Origin: Balanoglossus misakiensis
Taxonomy: Eukaryota > Animalia > Hemichordata
Direction of reading: 5' to 3'
Assembly (NCBI GenBank): GCA_040954595.2
Contig: CM082580.2
Location: forward strand, 4,950,783 to 5,014,782
DNA length: 64,000 nt
Shown here: piece after piece, positions 23,223-39,825 of the stretch
Layout of the letters: the number at the start of each line of letters is the position of its first letter
Numbering within the stretch: position 1 is the stretch's first letter
The notes under the pieces: generated by a model
Databases searched by the model: none
Told to the model about the DNA's origin: nothing
Seen by the model: the letters and a program-made list of their open reading frames with translations, nothing else
Program-made: the position numbers and the translations under genes

Positions 23223-26200
23223 CTAGTGTTGAAGTACTTTTTCGATGACATTCAGTAGGCCACACTCTCCGAGGGCCTTTTTCAGTTCGTTCTCCTTGTC
23301 ACCTTGGCAACGGTTTCTCCATGCGACCAGAATAGAGTGGGTTGCATCCAGTGTGTTGCCTGGGTTGTCATTGGTGATGCGATATATTTCAGGGTTTTCA
23401 AGTCCCAGGTAGACACCAAGTTCCTTGAAGTGCTCCCCGATCTCTTTGGCCACGTCCATCAGGACTGCGTCAGTGAAAGTCGCACCTGTACGGCATGATA
23501 TCAGTAGTTAAGCCTGGGTCAGCTCGATAACTCAGTAAGGACATTCGACATTGTGCCTGTAAACTATGAAAACAATACGCCTTTTTCGTAAACCACGGAG
23601 TGCAGGTACATGTATATTGAACCATCTTGAAGACACTCTGCCGTGATATATTAAATCCAAGGGGCCTTACTTACCTTTCCTTGTTGGTCTTGTTGTGAAT
23701 TCAGTCTGAAAGCATAAATCAGGAGTCCATTAAAGATGATTAGCTTAGTTTCTTTTTAGATAAACACACACCAAATTTCGCACGCGTGTTAATATAACTG
23801 CGTCGAGAGTATTTAAGATTTGTTTTGGAAAAATACTGACATCACTTGCAACCGAAGAAAAGATTTCTCATTGTAAAAGAACAGGAATCGGTAAATGACA
23901 TATTTTTGATATTTTGTTTATTCAAGATTATTCAGGCTGTTCTGTCTGAATTCCCGTATCAGTGGCCCACCATAGCAAATTTCTAACTTTTTGTTATGTT
24001 TTCAGTATTTTCGGTTTATGGATCTACTGCAGTTTCTTGTTTAAATACATGAAGGGTGGTGAAACATTTGCGTATGTAGTCAGTATTGTTATTGTGAAAA
24101 AAATTTGAATTCAAGTCCGCCCTCGAATTCGTTTGTCAACAATAACAATGGCCGTTACACACATACAGACTATGTTGACAAGTGGAGTACTGGGTTCATT
24201 AGCATGCTGTTAAATTTGGAATAGAGCAAGAAATTGAAAACAAAGACAATACTGAAAATAAAGCTATGCCCCTTTAACCTACCGCGGATATTTGTATCGG
24301 TAAACTTTCCAGGCTCACTGTCGCGGATCCCCGGTTCGAATCTTCCGTGACCTCTTTCTTACATCGGAATTCCACGGAACCGTCGACGTCAGCCAGACAA
24401 ACGTACTTGTATGAATTCTCATCCAAACGGACGCACTCCTCGTCGACGGCTCTGATGCGGAACTGAGCCCTGTTGGACCGGCCCTTGTGGAATTTCACGC
24501 GCACCTTCTGCACGTCGCCGTCGAACGCCAAATTCTTGGACAGTTTCAGGGCCACCGTTTGCCGTTCTCGCAGTTCGCACTCGTTGCTCGGGAGAGGCGG
24601 GGGGATGAACCCCAGGGCTTTGAGATCTGCCACAACCTTATCGCACTTGCCTGCGGGCACAATCTGAAAGAGGATCGATCGTTTGTCTGTTTTGTGATGG
24701 AAAAATATGAAATTGACGAGAGTGGTGGTCGTCCATCTTTCAACGTCGTCTGCTATGTCGGCTCCTGATATTTGGTCTTGCCCACTGGTTTTCATAAAAA
24801 GTAGTCTGCGTTGTGAAAAAAGCAAAACAAAAGAAATTTAGATAACAACGGAAATGACATGTTGGGATTTCAATAAAATTACCTACATTAAGTGTTATTC
24901 CACATACGCGTAATCAATTTATAAATTCTTGTCTTATGTGGCAGTTCTACAAACAGAGAGAAGGAAAATCATCTAAGCTGTCTAAGGTCTTCTATGTGAC
25001 TATAATTATTTACACGCACAAACACAATAACACACAAACAAACAAAAACAAACATACAAAAATACACACACAAATACACACATAGATGGGCGAGTCTTTC
25101 CAACTTACTTGTTGACGGAATTCGTCATTTCCAATCGAACAGCGTCATCGTTTACCTCCAGGTTGGAATCTTCTGTTGGGATTTCCTGCCAACAGTGACG
25201 TCGACCGCCAATTAACTGGCCCGCAACTTTGATAAGATTTTTATCCTGCCTGGAAACACCGCGTAAAGGAGATCTGATGTTATACCTGCCCTGTAAGGTC
25301 GGTGGCAAATGGTAGTTTATACTGATTATCGGCCCAACTGAAGAAATGATTGGACCCCAGGAATCTTCCCGCCTTCCTCGTAACTGTTGAAGACTGTTCT
25401 CGTCAACCGATTCCGCCTGACAAAGAGAACAAGAAATAGTCAGTTATGCCGAAGCTTTAGCAGAAATAAAACAAGTTCACATCTGGCTTTAGGGCAAAAA
25501 TGTCTGGGAATAGTAGGTATCAATTAAATAATCATCAGAAAAGAAGAATTTCATTTCTGGGGTTGCAAAGTCAATATTTGCAACACAAGGCCTTGCTCTC
25601 GACCCATGTTGAGGTGCGGTAGTTCATTGCGTACGGTGCAATGATATAACGAGAGGAAGCGATAGCTTGTTCCAGTACAGTCACTTCTTTATTGGACACC
25701 AACACGTGTAGTGGATGAACATCACTGACCAAGTCTGCTTTGTGTTGAACACCCACAAGAACGGAAAACCCCCACCCAGCTTACATAACACACGCGTAAT
25801 GAGACGATCATTTACATATCAAAGAAAGTGACCACCTGGATAAAGTTCAGTTTACTCTAACAACCCCAATAACCATAGGCCCAGCCCAGTCACCATATTC
25901 TTGTAGACCAAATTGAATAGGCATATACATTTTACTGTATATTTCTAGAAACGTAAATTACTTTAACCCATCCACGGCGAGGTTTGTGAATTTGAGTGGT
26001 AATTACCTTAACAGAGACATCAAATGGCTTTTTGGTGGCGTCCTTTCGATAGGCGATTTCTACACCCTCTTCGCCTGGCAAGTTAATTGTAAGTCCATGA
26101 TTGTCCACTGTGTATCGGGATTCCTTCACTTCCGAGATGACCTCGTACACTGAGAACATTTTGACAGCGAACTCGACGAAGACCAGGCTCTTGAGGAAAA

Positions 26201-29200
26201 TAAAGAAAACGCGATAAAATGTCGTTAGATATTTTTGTACCAAGACATAAATATACCATCGTGGTCAAACCATACGATGATAGTGTGAGACTGTAAATTA
26301 GCATTTCAAAAGACATAAACCTTTTATTTGTGGGCCCATTATAATTTGCATATTAGTTCTGAACATCTGTACCTGAATATAAAAAGTAGAACACTACAAC
26401 TCTGACCTGTCTGAGGCTGTCCGTCTTACAATAGGTTAATGTGTGTGTGGTTAAATATAACGTCACCGCCAACACACATTTTCTGAGCGGCTTTACGATG
26501 GCATGTCATTTCTGCAAGCACGATAGGACACCCGTCAACCGTCATGTCTCAGTTCTCAAAACAACATGCAAGGCAGTGTTTCACATGCAACAGTGGCTGG
26601 TGTTAGTTCAACTGCGATAATGGATCAAGCCAAAGGGATCACGATCAAGTAGATAGAACCAAGTGCCGACATAAATGTTTGCGAGATTAGAGCAGTATAG
26701 TACATACCGGGAATTGTTTGAAAGATTTACTCTGCGAGTTGGTTGCAAGAGTGCGCCATTTCCCTCCCTGTAATCTCCCTTTGACGATGATATCCCGTCG
26801 ATTATTCGTCTGCGTACCGTCATACGGAATAGCGACCAGTACCTCCTGCGATAGCTCCGCGTATGACGGCTGGAGATTGACGACGTCACTGCACAGAAAT
26901 TGACCCGGTGAGAGGGCGCACCCTTCCGTTTCGTCACAGCAACTACACCGAACATGCATGTTATCTAGCACGCCGTCGGGTGCCCTGATAACGCACAGCA
27001 AACGACGATCGTCGCCATCGTCTTTGTTATGAAACCTGGAAGAAAGATACAAGAAATTCGTAGTCTCGGTTACCCAGACCCCACTGCTTCTTCCGTTGGG
27101 CACTCCAGAAAGAGGGTCTGGGGAAACGCCATAAACAAATCTCCGGGCAAAGATGGCTGACTTGAGACAAAAGCGATGCATGATGGTTGCAGCCTTTAAC
27201 ATAAAAAAAACATGCTGAGAAGTGCTGGACCTGCTGAAACTGTCCACAAATTGAAAAGAGAGAGGGAAGTTCGGTAAATAGTTTTCTAATATCGTCATGT
27301 CATAATATCATATGTCATAATATCCAGTTTATGTACGTTTTCTTTCAATAATTTCAAACTTACACTCGTAATCTCTTGCTCTTGGCGTTTTTCATTTTCA
27401 TATCCTCCACTGCCTCGTTCAACGCAGACACGTGTACCACGATCTCCTCGCGGACCTGTTGAAGTGACGTCATCTGCATGCGAAGATCATCACCGGCTTC
27501 TTTGACGTCATCGTAGTGCGGGTCATGTCCGAGAAGAGTTGACAACTTCTCCAGACCACCCTTGACCGACAGCGTCTGATCCGTGGCATTTGTCTTAGTT
27601 TGGTTTAACTGTTTGATAAGGTCGTCTACCTTTTCGATGGCCATCTTCACGTCATCGCCGTTCCGGCCACATTCACCCCTCGCGGCTTCGGCGGTTGCAA
27701 TGACGTCATCTGCATCGGTTTCCATGGTTCGCTGATTGAGCATCTCTTCCGCGTCCCTGATTATTTTAGAGGCGCTACCAACATTCCGTTGTCTCTGTAA
27801 GGTACCAAGAACGCCCTGAAAATGTTCAATGGAATTGCCACACCTTTCAACAAGTGTTTCCATAGCACTTGCTGCCTGATTCAGGGCTTCCTGCATGTTC
27901 TCGAGTTGATCGATATCTTGTGGTTGTACCGAGTCAGAGGTCTTCACCCTGCCGCAAACATCGGCGGCCGTCTCCGTCAGAGCCACGGATTTGTCGATCA
28001 CTGGTGTACAGTCGTTCAGCAACTCGGTTGCCTCTGCAACGCTTTCGCTCGGAGAAACGTCGTCTATCTCTTCCACGACGTTTCGTAGATCCAGCGCGTG
28101 TTTTTTGAGGATGCGGATCCCGGCTGTTGCCGTAGCGACGCACTTTTCTACCTCCGCTGCCCACACCTCCCCGATCCCTCCGACACTCGCCATGAGTTTC
28201 CTCGCTTCCTCGGACATTTCCCGCGTGCTCGAGACGATGTTCTCCAACCCGTCCCGGTGTTGATAGGCCTTGTCGAGGGCCTCGTTGTGCTTGTAGAATG
28301 TGTCTTCCTTCGGGGAGGCCAAAAACTCCGCCTCTGAAGAGATCACCGACTCCGCCTCCTTCTCGACATCTGTCTTCGCAGACACAGCATCGTCGTAGCT
28401 GCTCGCCGTGTTCTCATCTAGCTTCGAGGCCTGTTCGGTATGTCCAGGCTCTTCAGAAGACTCGGGGTTCCTTTCTAAGCCGCGCTGCTCGGCCATACGG
28501 ATCAATCCAAGGTACTTAATCGTCCGTTTTCTGTTAAGCTCCACTTCATCGAAGAGATCACGACCCTCTTCAACAACTTTCTGACTTTGTTCCAGCATCT
28601 TGTTGAATTCCTCCACGATGAAATCACCGACTGTCCTTTTAACCTCATCCTTTGTAATCGATGCGATCTCTTTGATCTGTTCTGTTACAATCAACAATTG
28701 TTTTGATGTTTCTTCGAAGTCTTTGCCCTCACGGATGACGTGGTCAAACATCTTATCCATTTTATGTAGTTTTGCTAACAGTTCATTTGGTGGGCGGGAA
28801 TCTGTAAAATAGTGTTAAACATTAATCACGGATATAAATCGTATGGAAACTCGCACTGCTATCACTGACGGGTGGACTCGAGCGCGATTTCGAGTTTACA
28901 GCATATATTTGAACACAACTTAACCTTACATCTCACTGTGAGATAAACTGACAAACATATGCAAATAAATCGTCAAAACAACAAAATTCGCGACGCTGTT
29001 TCGATGTTGTTGCGATTTTGATTGTTTACGAAGCCTGGGTTCCTATGATCTTACCGGTCATTTGACTTTCCGTCTCCGGTGAAGCCCTTTGTTCACTTGA
29101 GCCTAATGAATAGAATGAAACATGCAAGGTGAATGGGTGAAGGAGTTTGTAGACCTTTTGTTCGGTAGGATTTGTTGCTGTTTGAGTTCCGTTTATGACG

Positions 29201-29333
29201 ATTCGGGTCAGTTTGTCTAGGAGGTCAAGTGAGAGACAGTGGTACCGTTAAAAATGTTTTTTTTTCTTTCAAGTCTTTGTGTGAGAGACCAGTACAGACT
29301 GTCAGAGGGAGACGGAGAGAGAGAGAGAGAGAT

Positions 29334-29366
<33 letters not shown>

Positions 29367-30085
29367 CGATTTAAGCAATATGGGTAATGGAACCACATAC
29401 CTTCCTGCGTCGTTTGTGTCCGTTCTGAAGTAGTGCTACCATTTGTCATTTTCGGGGGGTCTCTAAGCCTATTCACCCGACTTTGGCCTAGATAAGATCA
29501 ATAAAACACTCTTGGATTTTTCGCCTCAAAGAAAATGTCCAATGCCCTAGATCATGTCTTCATTTAGATACATTATGCAGCATAACTTTTTACACCCTTC
29601 CATATTATTGGCTTCTCATACATTTGTACACAATTGAGAGGCAATTCTGAAATGGAAAAGTAATAATTACCCAGTTGTTTTCTGCATTCCTCTTTCTTTG
29701 CCTGGATTACTTCTTGATTGACCGCTATAGCTTTAGTGAGGCACTGCATACCGGTTGACAGAGCGCCGCAGATCTCATTGGCCAGTTGAATAAGTTGCGT
29801 TGAACCTGCCAGCAAATTTACAGTGGGGGCCAAAATGTCTTCATTTAGGTAGTCCTTAATTATGTTCGATGATTCGGAGAGCTGTTCCGCCTCTGCTCGT
29901 AGGCAGTCGGCAGTCTTGAGCATTCTCGCCCGACAGCCGATATTGTCTCGTCTGTTTTCATCTTCGTCGTAATTAAGTCCACGTCGCGATGACCCGCGAT
30001 CTGGAGGCGGCGTTTGACCTGATACTTGCCTGTCATCGCGGTTGGTATTATTCGCAGCTATGTGGTCCAATCTGTAGTCTGCCAT
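23223..30085 (-). CDS. Coiled-coil + ZU5-ZU5-UPA-like + Death domain protein (DTHD1/PIDD-like), 10 coding exons, about 1207 aa
   Basis: Phase-consistent exons 30085-29671, 29487-29401, 29102-29055, 28801-27364 (long helical region), 27035-26708 (CVIRAP..CSDVVNLQP..VLVAIPY..RDIIVK), 26189-26007, 25416-25109 (SVGPIISI..W), 24805-24283 (FHKGRSNRAQFRI), 23705-23675 and 23485-23223 (Death domain: VAKEIGEHFKELGVYLGL..ILVAWR..LKKALGECG). The total of 3624 nt is divisible by 3. The start ATG is tentative because an acceptor-like cacag lies just upstream. Confidence 0.85.
23990..24265. repeat. Dispersed repeat (old MITE-like), diverged copy at about 37000-37290
   Basis: Both copies share tatgttttcagtatttt..tactgcagtttcttgtt..ttgtcaacaataacaa.ggccgttac..tatgttgacaag..aatactgaaaataaagc. 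The ends are roughly inverted. Confidence 0.65.
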
Positions 30086-30954
30086 CGTAATACTGTGAAG
30101 TTGACTGAAACTAACAGACTTACGTTCACAAAAATCTGTTGCGGCGTTCCTTGGTATGTCAATGATGAATATGATCTTGCGTGCACTTTCCAGTCTGAAG
30201 TTCCGCTTGGACTCCGAATTATACAAGGGACAGTTCAAGTGTACGATGCTGGTGAGGTGAAATAAAACACAGACTGAGAAACACAGTGTGGGTGATTGTA
30301 ATTTAGTATTTATGACTTGTTGTCTGGCTGAGTGATAGATTAAGATCTGACCCCCTCCGTTACCAAGCATGGGTTATTATCCTAAAAGTTACTTGCGTGT
30401 TCCGTGCTTGGTGGCGGTCGTCACCAGCAACGTGAACCTTAAGGGATGAAAGGGAGAGCTTCGCGACACAGTCTCAAGCATGCCATTGAAACGAATTACT
30501 GGTATCATTCAGTGACATGCTTACAAACTGTTTGCTTGGAGCGTTCGTCACCTCAGTATGCATACTACTGTGGTCAAAAATAAGATTTATGAGTTTGTTT
30601 TCATTCGCTTACAAGATGAATAAGGAATAGTTAATATTTTTTTTCACAAATGCACATCGTCGCTTGGGATTACTTTCCATGGATACATTGGTGTACACGG
30701 TTTCTCCAGCACCACTATAAGATGAGTGTTGCGTTTTCCCTCCTGCGCGGACTAGCTACGTTGATGACCCAGATCCTCCCTTCACGATGATGACCACACT
30801 TGGCTTCTCGCCAAAAGAACACTGCTGAACGTCTTTGAAAAGAATTGCTTCGTTGTTCATTCTGCTATAGAAAAGAGAGATTACAGAAAGTGTTTTATTG
30901 CACGAGTCTGTCTCTTCAAACAACCCATTATGTTACATCCTTCTGGTCACGCTG

Positions 30955-31191
30955 TAGACTTGCTCCAAGTCTATGGGCTTCATTATGTGTAGGGAACGCG
31001 TAGGCCCGTCGACGCTACCCGAAACCACAAGCTCAGTCCCAAATTCGAAACTCACCTCACTACCAAAAACACGCTCAAGGCAAGTATGCACGCAAAAAGT
31101 ATTGAAATTATTTATTAAGACAAAAAAACCCACCGAAAACACAAAAAGTATTGAGATTTAAAAATCACCAAGCGACTAGTGGGCTAGTCTA
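30955..31191 (+). mobile_element. About 230-bp non-autonomous element, copy 2
   Basis: TAGACT..AGTCTA ends with perfect 9-bp TSD gtcacgctg. Confidence 0.9.
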
Positions 31192-32300
31192 GTCACGCTG
31201 TTGTTCGTCACACATGACTTTGACGTCTGGGGGAGTACTTGAAAAGATATGTCAAGGGGTTTTCATGCAGAGTTCTGCACTAATAATTCTAATAGCTGCC
31301 AAATTTAGTTATGAAATATTGAGGGCAAAATGACGTAACTGCATACAACTGGTGAGCCCAGTGGTGCTGGTGTCAAACCTGACGAGAATCACGAAGTGAC
31401 TTTTAAAATAATTAAAAGATAAACTCGGGAACGATCAAACTTCTCAGCGTCCGCGCGCGCAGACAAGATAACAGTCGACAGAAACGTCTCGGTTGGACAT
31501 ACATCGGCGCGATGGTATTGTTATACTGCGGATACTCAAATAATCACCATTGTTAGAGATCTCATTGTAGATGGGTAGCAAGCATGTGACATTTTGACCT
31601 GGCGGAATATATCGTACTTAGGCTGCTCTGCATGACTGACTCAAATTGTGATTGGAACTCTGAGTGCGTTATGTCGTTCTTCCAACTTTCACTCTTCCAA
31701 CTTTGTATCCATCTTCCTTTCAGCAAGCGCCTGGGTAAAGGATGGGGTCATATATACGTGGACTGCAAATGTTACTCAAATGTTGAATGACAGCATTCAT
31801 GGATTTCACTCACAATAATACTTTGGCATTTAAGCCAAATTACATGCACTTGAATTTGTCAGTCTTGATGGGTGCAGTGTGGTATTAGCATAGGGTACGC
31901 TGACCCAATCGGACACCCAGAAGTCGAAGTGGTTGAAGTATATAAAAATATAAATTGCCGTTATTATCAACTGTTTCTTGGACCCGGTAATTGTCTACTT
32001 CGTGTGATAATGATTACAGGATCTGATTTGATGACACATTGCGTGTTTACAGTTTATCAACAGGATGAAAATACAACTTCAAGTTGTTGGTGTTTTTGAT
32101 AGAACACTGGCTTTAAAAGACTGTGCAAAGCATCGGCTATATATAAAATGTCACGATCACAACAAAGGACAAAGATAATTGTAATTAAAAGTATGAATAA
32201 CACGCACGGTATATCGTAAGACTCTTTTTGCTGTTGTGCTGTTCAATATCACCCGAAGCACAATCAGTTTTGAATGTGGAAATTAACATCCGTTGAATTG

Positions 32301-35059
<2,759 letters not shown>

Positions 35060-37849
35060 TTTGGTCTGCTGCTGCTTGGCAATCGGTTGCCTTGTAGAAG
35101 GAGGAAGTTGGTAACTTTTTGAAACGCTGTTCACAGGAAAACAGGGGCAGTGGTCGCACTTTGACCCCTTACTCCATATTGAATATTTAAACGAACTGGG
35201 TCACTCTTTTTATATCAGGTAGAACGGGCGCCACGAGCGTATACGACCCAAATGTGGTGACGTCCAAAACTTGGCTATCCTTCGTCTTCCTATGCTAAAA
35301 CGAGTATAAATTTTGACCACTGATGACTGACGCGCAATGTCACGTATTTTGAGTCAATTTTGCTCTCTCATTCAGAATATTGTACAGTGACCCCTGCATT
35401 GTTTTCATTAATTTTAAGACAGAACAATCTGAAGTTGACTAATGCGAAATATTAGAAAAGATCAAAGACGTTGATTTTCGATGTACATTCTCATTATATA
35501 TAGGCCTATATGACTTCGGTCGTCAACCATGTGTGTCCATCTCTCCGGCAGTACATACCATTAATTGGGAGCACACTCCGCGGCTAATAGGAATATGCTT
35601 TAATACTCTCAGTGTATAGAACGGCCTCCAATTCTCTTTTATTTGTACACGCGGATATCCGAGCTCAAATGTCTCCCTTGTTTGAGTGTCCCCCATATTA
35701 TTAATCATTATTGTTCATTCACTATAACACTAGTAATACATGCATAACATGAACCCACGGAGATCATTAGTAATTGATATCCAGGAAAACACGCCCCATT
35801 ATCGGACCTCTTTTACATGTACTTACGCGGTGCGGTTTTCTTTGTTTACAGCAAAGAAAACCGTGCAGTATTACCGAGTAAGAAAAAGACGTCGCCGTTC
35901 CCTACATCTGATTTTAATCAGATTGTAGCGGACCATTCTAACTAAGTGACTGTATAGCAAATGGAGAATGAGGCTGAAATTGGAAAAGGCATCTCGGTAG
36001 AATAAAATGTATTGTCTTTGTTTTATTGATGCTTTAATACTGGAGAGGTCGCATATTAGTTGTTAAATAAAACATAAAGGTATCACCATAAACATATTCA
36101 GGATAGATGTACATGCATACCGTACCGGACTATAGTGACATGATTTTGTTCAAATGAAGGTGCCTTCGATAATGAAAGGCCATGCTTTGAAGTGAAGGTG
36201 TAAAACCCATAATTCAAAAGGCGGAATTTATATAGTGACAGTGGTAAGACTCCGGTGATATTCTCGGCCGTATTTCAGTCAGTAATTATTTGGGCAATGG
36301 ATTGTGTTCGGACACATATATGTGGTCCCTTCCACTTTCAATATCTGATCGTGGAATGGTTAATACTCATCTCCTGGCACAACTCACTGATGTCTACCTT
36401 TAACTAGTGTACTATTATTGAAGGTAGTATGCGAATTGAAAATCGAAGTCTTAAACTTGTTTTCGTTTATTTGCTTAAAGGCCTGGCCTTGCGTTATTCC
36501 GGCTACAGGAACAGACTGAGACTGACCATTGATATGAATACAGAGATAATGATGTGTCGTATTCTAAAGGAAATTGGGCACATGATGACTTTTTTGAAAT
36601 GTGAGCTTGATGGCTATTAAAGGTGAAATGTCACTCACTTTTGACATTATTCGAGTTCTATTTGTTTCTTTCGGTTGATAATTATTTTGTTCTCACTAAA
36701 ATATGCCATTCCCCCGTATTTTACAACTTTTCTCACTAACCTCCTGTATATGAGTATAATGTGAAATATGTAGTCAACAACACAATTGTTGGTATTGACC
36801 TAAAATGAAATAATGGACGTATCCATGTGTTTTATTTATTTATGTATAATGTATGAACTGATCTATGACAGCTGGTCCCTGAGCATATTTCAACGTTTAT
36901 TTGTAGAAATGCCATGGACTAAAATAATGAAAATAATTTCATAAGTTAGCTTGATTTTCAACTGATGTGCCTTTGATTAAAGCTCCGTTAGATGTACGTT
37001 TTGCTATGTTTTCAGTATTTTTGTTTTGTTTATTTATTTACTGCAGTTTCTTGTTCAAATCCCTGAAGCAATATGAAATGTCCAGCATCCTGCAACCCAT
37101 ATGTATTGTTCTTGTGTAAAAATTGAATTCAAGTTCGCACTAGAAATCATTTGTCAACAATAACAACGGCCGTTACGCACACACATGCTATGTTGACAAG
37201 CGGAGTTCTGAATACGTTAGCATGCTGTTTGGAGAAGATCAAGAAATTGTATCTGGTACACAGAACAAAAATACTGAAAATAAAGCCAACAGTTTCAGCT
37301 AATGTCCGTATTATTTGTGGTTGTGGCGGTATGACATGGCGAGTGCAATTTTTAATGAACTATTCTTCGCTTTCTTGGCGGGAATGATGCAAGGGCGACG
37401 GCCTATACTAGGTATAAAAACTTCCTTGATACTATAGCTGATCTTACAGTGCTATCAGACTAGTTTATATTGAATTTAAGATCAGCACGCTACGCTAATA
37501 TTTGAATGTACATTATATAGGATCCATGCAGAGGGCTGTAGCGAGATTTTGATCGGTTGTGACTTTCCTACAGCTAAGGATAATGATGTTGTAATCTACA
37601 CGGCCCTGATGAGGCATTTGCGTTAAAGCGAAGTGAAGTCTATTTCGGAAGATGATCTCCTAATATATTACATCTTCATCGTGTCTTCAACCACTCAAAC
37701 ATTTCATATTCACTTGAGATAGACATAAGGAACAGATGACGTTCACACCACATTGGGTGGTCAATTGCTGTCGTGGCAACTGTTGTCGTAGCAACCATTT
37801 GTCAAAACCAATGCACCTACAGTCCAGATCTTATTAGTTATTGCTGTCG

Positions 37850-39163
37850 ATGTCGTCGTGGACGATGCATCTTTTCGATGAGATGGAGATCTTCAATTCA
37901 ACGCTGAACTCGACCAAGGAAGTTGCCGACTCCTCCAATGATTCCGCCCATGGTGATTCGGGGCTGATGAGTGGTGACGAGAAAGCAGCGTTGATCGCTA
38001 CTGTTGCAATACTGAGTCCGGTCATCGCGTTAGGTACGGTTGGCAACGCGGCTGTCTGTTTCCTCATCGGCACGGTCAAGACTCTGCGAACGCCGGGGAA
38101 TGTGCAGTTGCTCTCGGTGGCCGTGATCGACCTGCTGACCTGCCTCGTCGTGTGCCCGCTGATGCTCTGCAGTGCACTCGTCCACATACTGCACCAACAG
38201 AGCATCTTCACGAGCCTCCAACTTTGCAAGACGTACATCTTCGTCTCCACCCTGAGCATGGCGACATCGGGCATGAATCTCGCCGGACTGAGCGTCACCC
38301 GAGCGCTGGCCATAAGCGGCAGGTTCCAGCAGCATGTGCTAGCGAAGACGACGAAGGCGTCCATCGGGATCAGCTACGCACTGGGCGTGATCACTGGCCT
38401 ATCCACAGCGGTGTTCGGATTAGGACGACGCTGCTTCATAGACGAATCAAAACTTGAGGAAACACTGGGTTTGAAATTTGTTCGGTGGGGTGGTACATTT
38501 TTGATCGTCGTGTGTATAATGACCATTTGTTTCACTTACGTGTATATTCTATTTAAATGTTGTACGAGAAACACGGCGAAGTTGACAAACATCAAAGCAA
38601 GCAATATTGGGAAGCGTGACTTGGCGTCTTTACGTATTTGTCTGTCAGTCCTTGCCGTCTACATAGTAACGTACCTTCCCGTTGGAGTGCTGATCGCTCT
38701 TCGAGTCACTAAGTTAATACCTACAAATTCGTATCATACGATGTTAACATACAGCGTTTCGTTTACGAGTAGTATGCTTAATCCGGTAATATACAGTCTT
38801 TGGTCACATAATTTCAGAAAGCACATATTATGTCCACCCCACTGCAGTGGAGCGAGAGAAAACGCACCGAATGTCGATAAAAAAAGAGTGCAAGTGAATA
38901 CGCGGGACAACATAAGCTTACACGGACAGCCCGTGGTTGTACAGCCAGTAGACGACAAAGATGCGATTGGCCTAGTGGGCAACAGCGATGTGTGTGATTT
39001 AGGAGATGCGAGTAACATACAAATTGTGGCTGACATAGAAGCCGTGGTTAACATAGAATCTATGGGCGACACGGAAGATACAAGTAACATAGCTTCTGTG
39101 GGTAACATAGCCGCCATGGAGAACATAGAAGCTATGAACAACGTAGAAGCTATCTGTAGCTAG
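37850..39163 (+). CDS. Intronless class A (rhodopsin-like) GPCR, orphan
   Basis: Seven hydrophobic segments with LGTVGN (TM1), VAVIDLL (TM2), LSVTRALAI at the DRY position, TYLP (TM6), and SMLNPVIY + NFRK (TM7/helix 8). The first in-frame ATG is at 37850. Confidence 0.92.
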   Translation: MSSWTMHLFDEMEIFNSTLNSTKEVADSSNDSAHGDSGLMSGDEKAALIATVAILSPVIALGTVGNAAVCFLIGTVKTLRTPGNVQLLSVAVIDLLTCLVVCPLMLCSALVHILHQQSIFTSLQLCKTYIFVSTLSMATSGMNLAGLSVTRALAISGRFQQHVLAKTTKASIGISYALGVITGLSTAVFGLGRRCFIDESKLEETLGLKFVRWGGTFLIVVCIMTICFTYVYILFKCCTRNTAKLTNIKASNIGKRDLASLRICLSVLAVYIVTYLPVGVLIALRVTKLIPTNSYHTMLTYSVSFTSSMLNPVIYSLWSHNFRKHILCPPHCSGARENAPNVDKKRVQVNTRDNISLHGQPVVVQPVDDKDAIGLVGNSDVCDLGDASNIQIVADIEAVVNIESMGDTEDTSNIASVGNIAAMENIEAMNNVEAICS

Positions 39164-39736
39164 CACACGCCTTTATTAACACTTAGCAGTTTTTCCTCCA
39201 CTATCGCGTATTAGCTTTTTGTTATCATTAATCAAATTGAGGGTTTTGTTTAACTATTATGTGAAATACAATCCCATGTATTAAATTAAGAACAGCTTTG
39301 TACATAATTGTTTACTGTTGTAATAAAGCAAATGTACGATTAACTATACACTTCTGCGCTTTCTGTGCTTTCTAGTGTTGAAAACGTCTTTGTTGAGACG
39401 TTGCGTGTGAGTGAAGTTTTGGGTGATTTTGAATCGCTGGGTTTGAAAATCTGGAAGGCTAGCAATATCTGTATAAAGTGCATGGTGGCGCATGTTACCC
39501 ATTTGTAAAGGCGTTTATGGGCTACCTCCTCCTCCACCAATGTACATGTATAATGTATATCGCCTGTGCTATAAACACCATGAAAGCGATTTAATATTTC
39601 TATTTCCACACTATACGTGCCTAAAATGACGTGGTAATCTGGAGAGAGAACTCGATCGACTTGAGTTGGCGACGTCCTGTTAACTGGTACCGATGAGTTA
39701 GTTGACCAATGAGCTGCGTGTAGTCTAAGCGGAAAA

Positions 39737-39825
39737 TAGTCTGGTTCCCTGCCCCAATCCCACCGCTGGCTGCGCCCTTTAGCGTAGCGCAACCAGCGGT
39801 GGGATTGGGGCAGGGAACCAGACTA
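39737..39825. mobile_element. 89-bp palindromic mini-element (TAGTCT..AGACTA), copy 1
   Basis: Inverted arms of about 39 bp, tagtctggttccctgccccaatcccaccgctggctgcgc. Decayed 9-bp TSD agcggaaaa/agcggagag. Sister copy at 58416. Confidence 0.85.

Noticed and set aside
30670-30866. Exon-like segment on the minus strand between the CARD-DD and ZU5-DD genes
   Set aside because: It has a good acceptor but stops in all three frames. At most it is a 5' UTR exon.
37834-39141. Antisense and alternate-frame ORFs over the GPCR (and 27822-28812 over the coiled-coil exon)
   Set aside because: These are shadows of GC-rich coding sequence with no motifs of their own.
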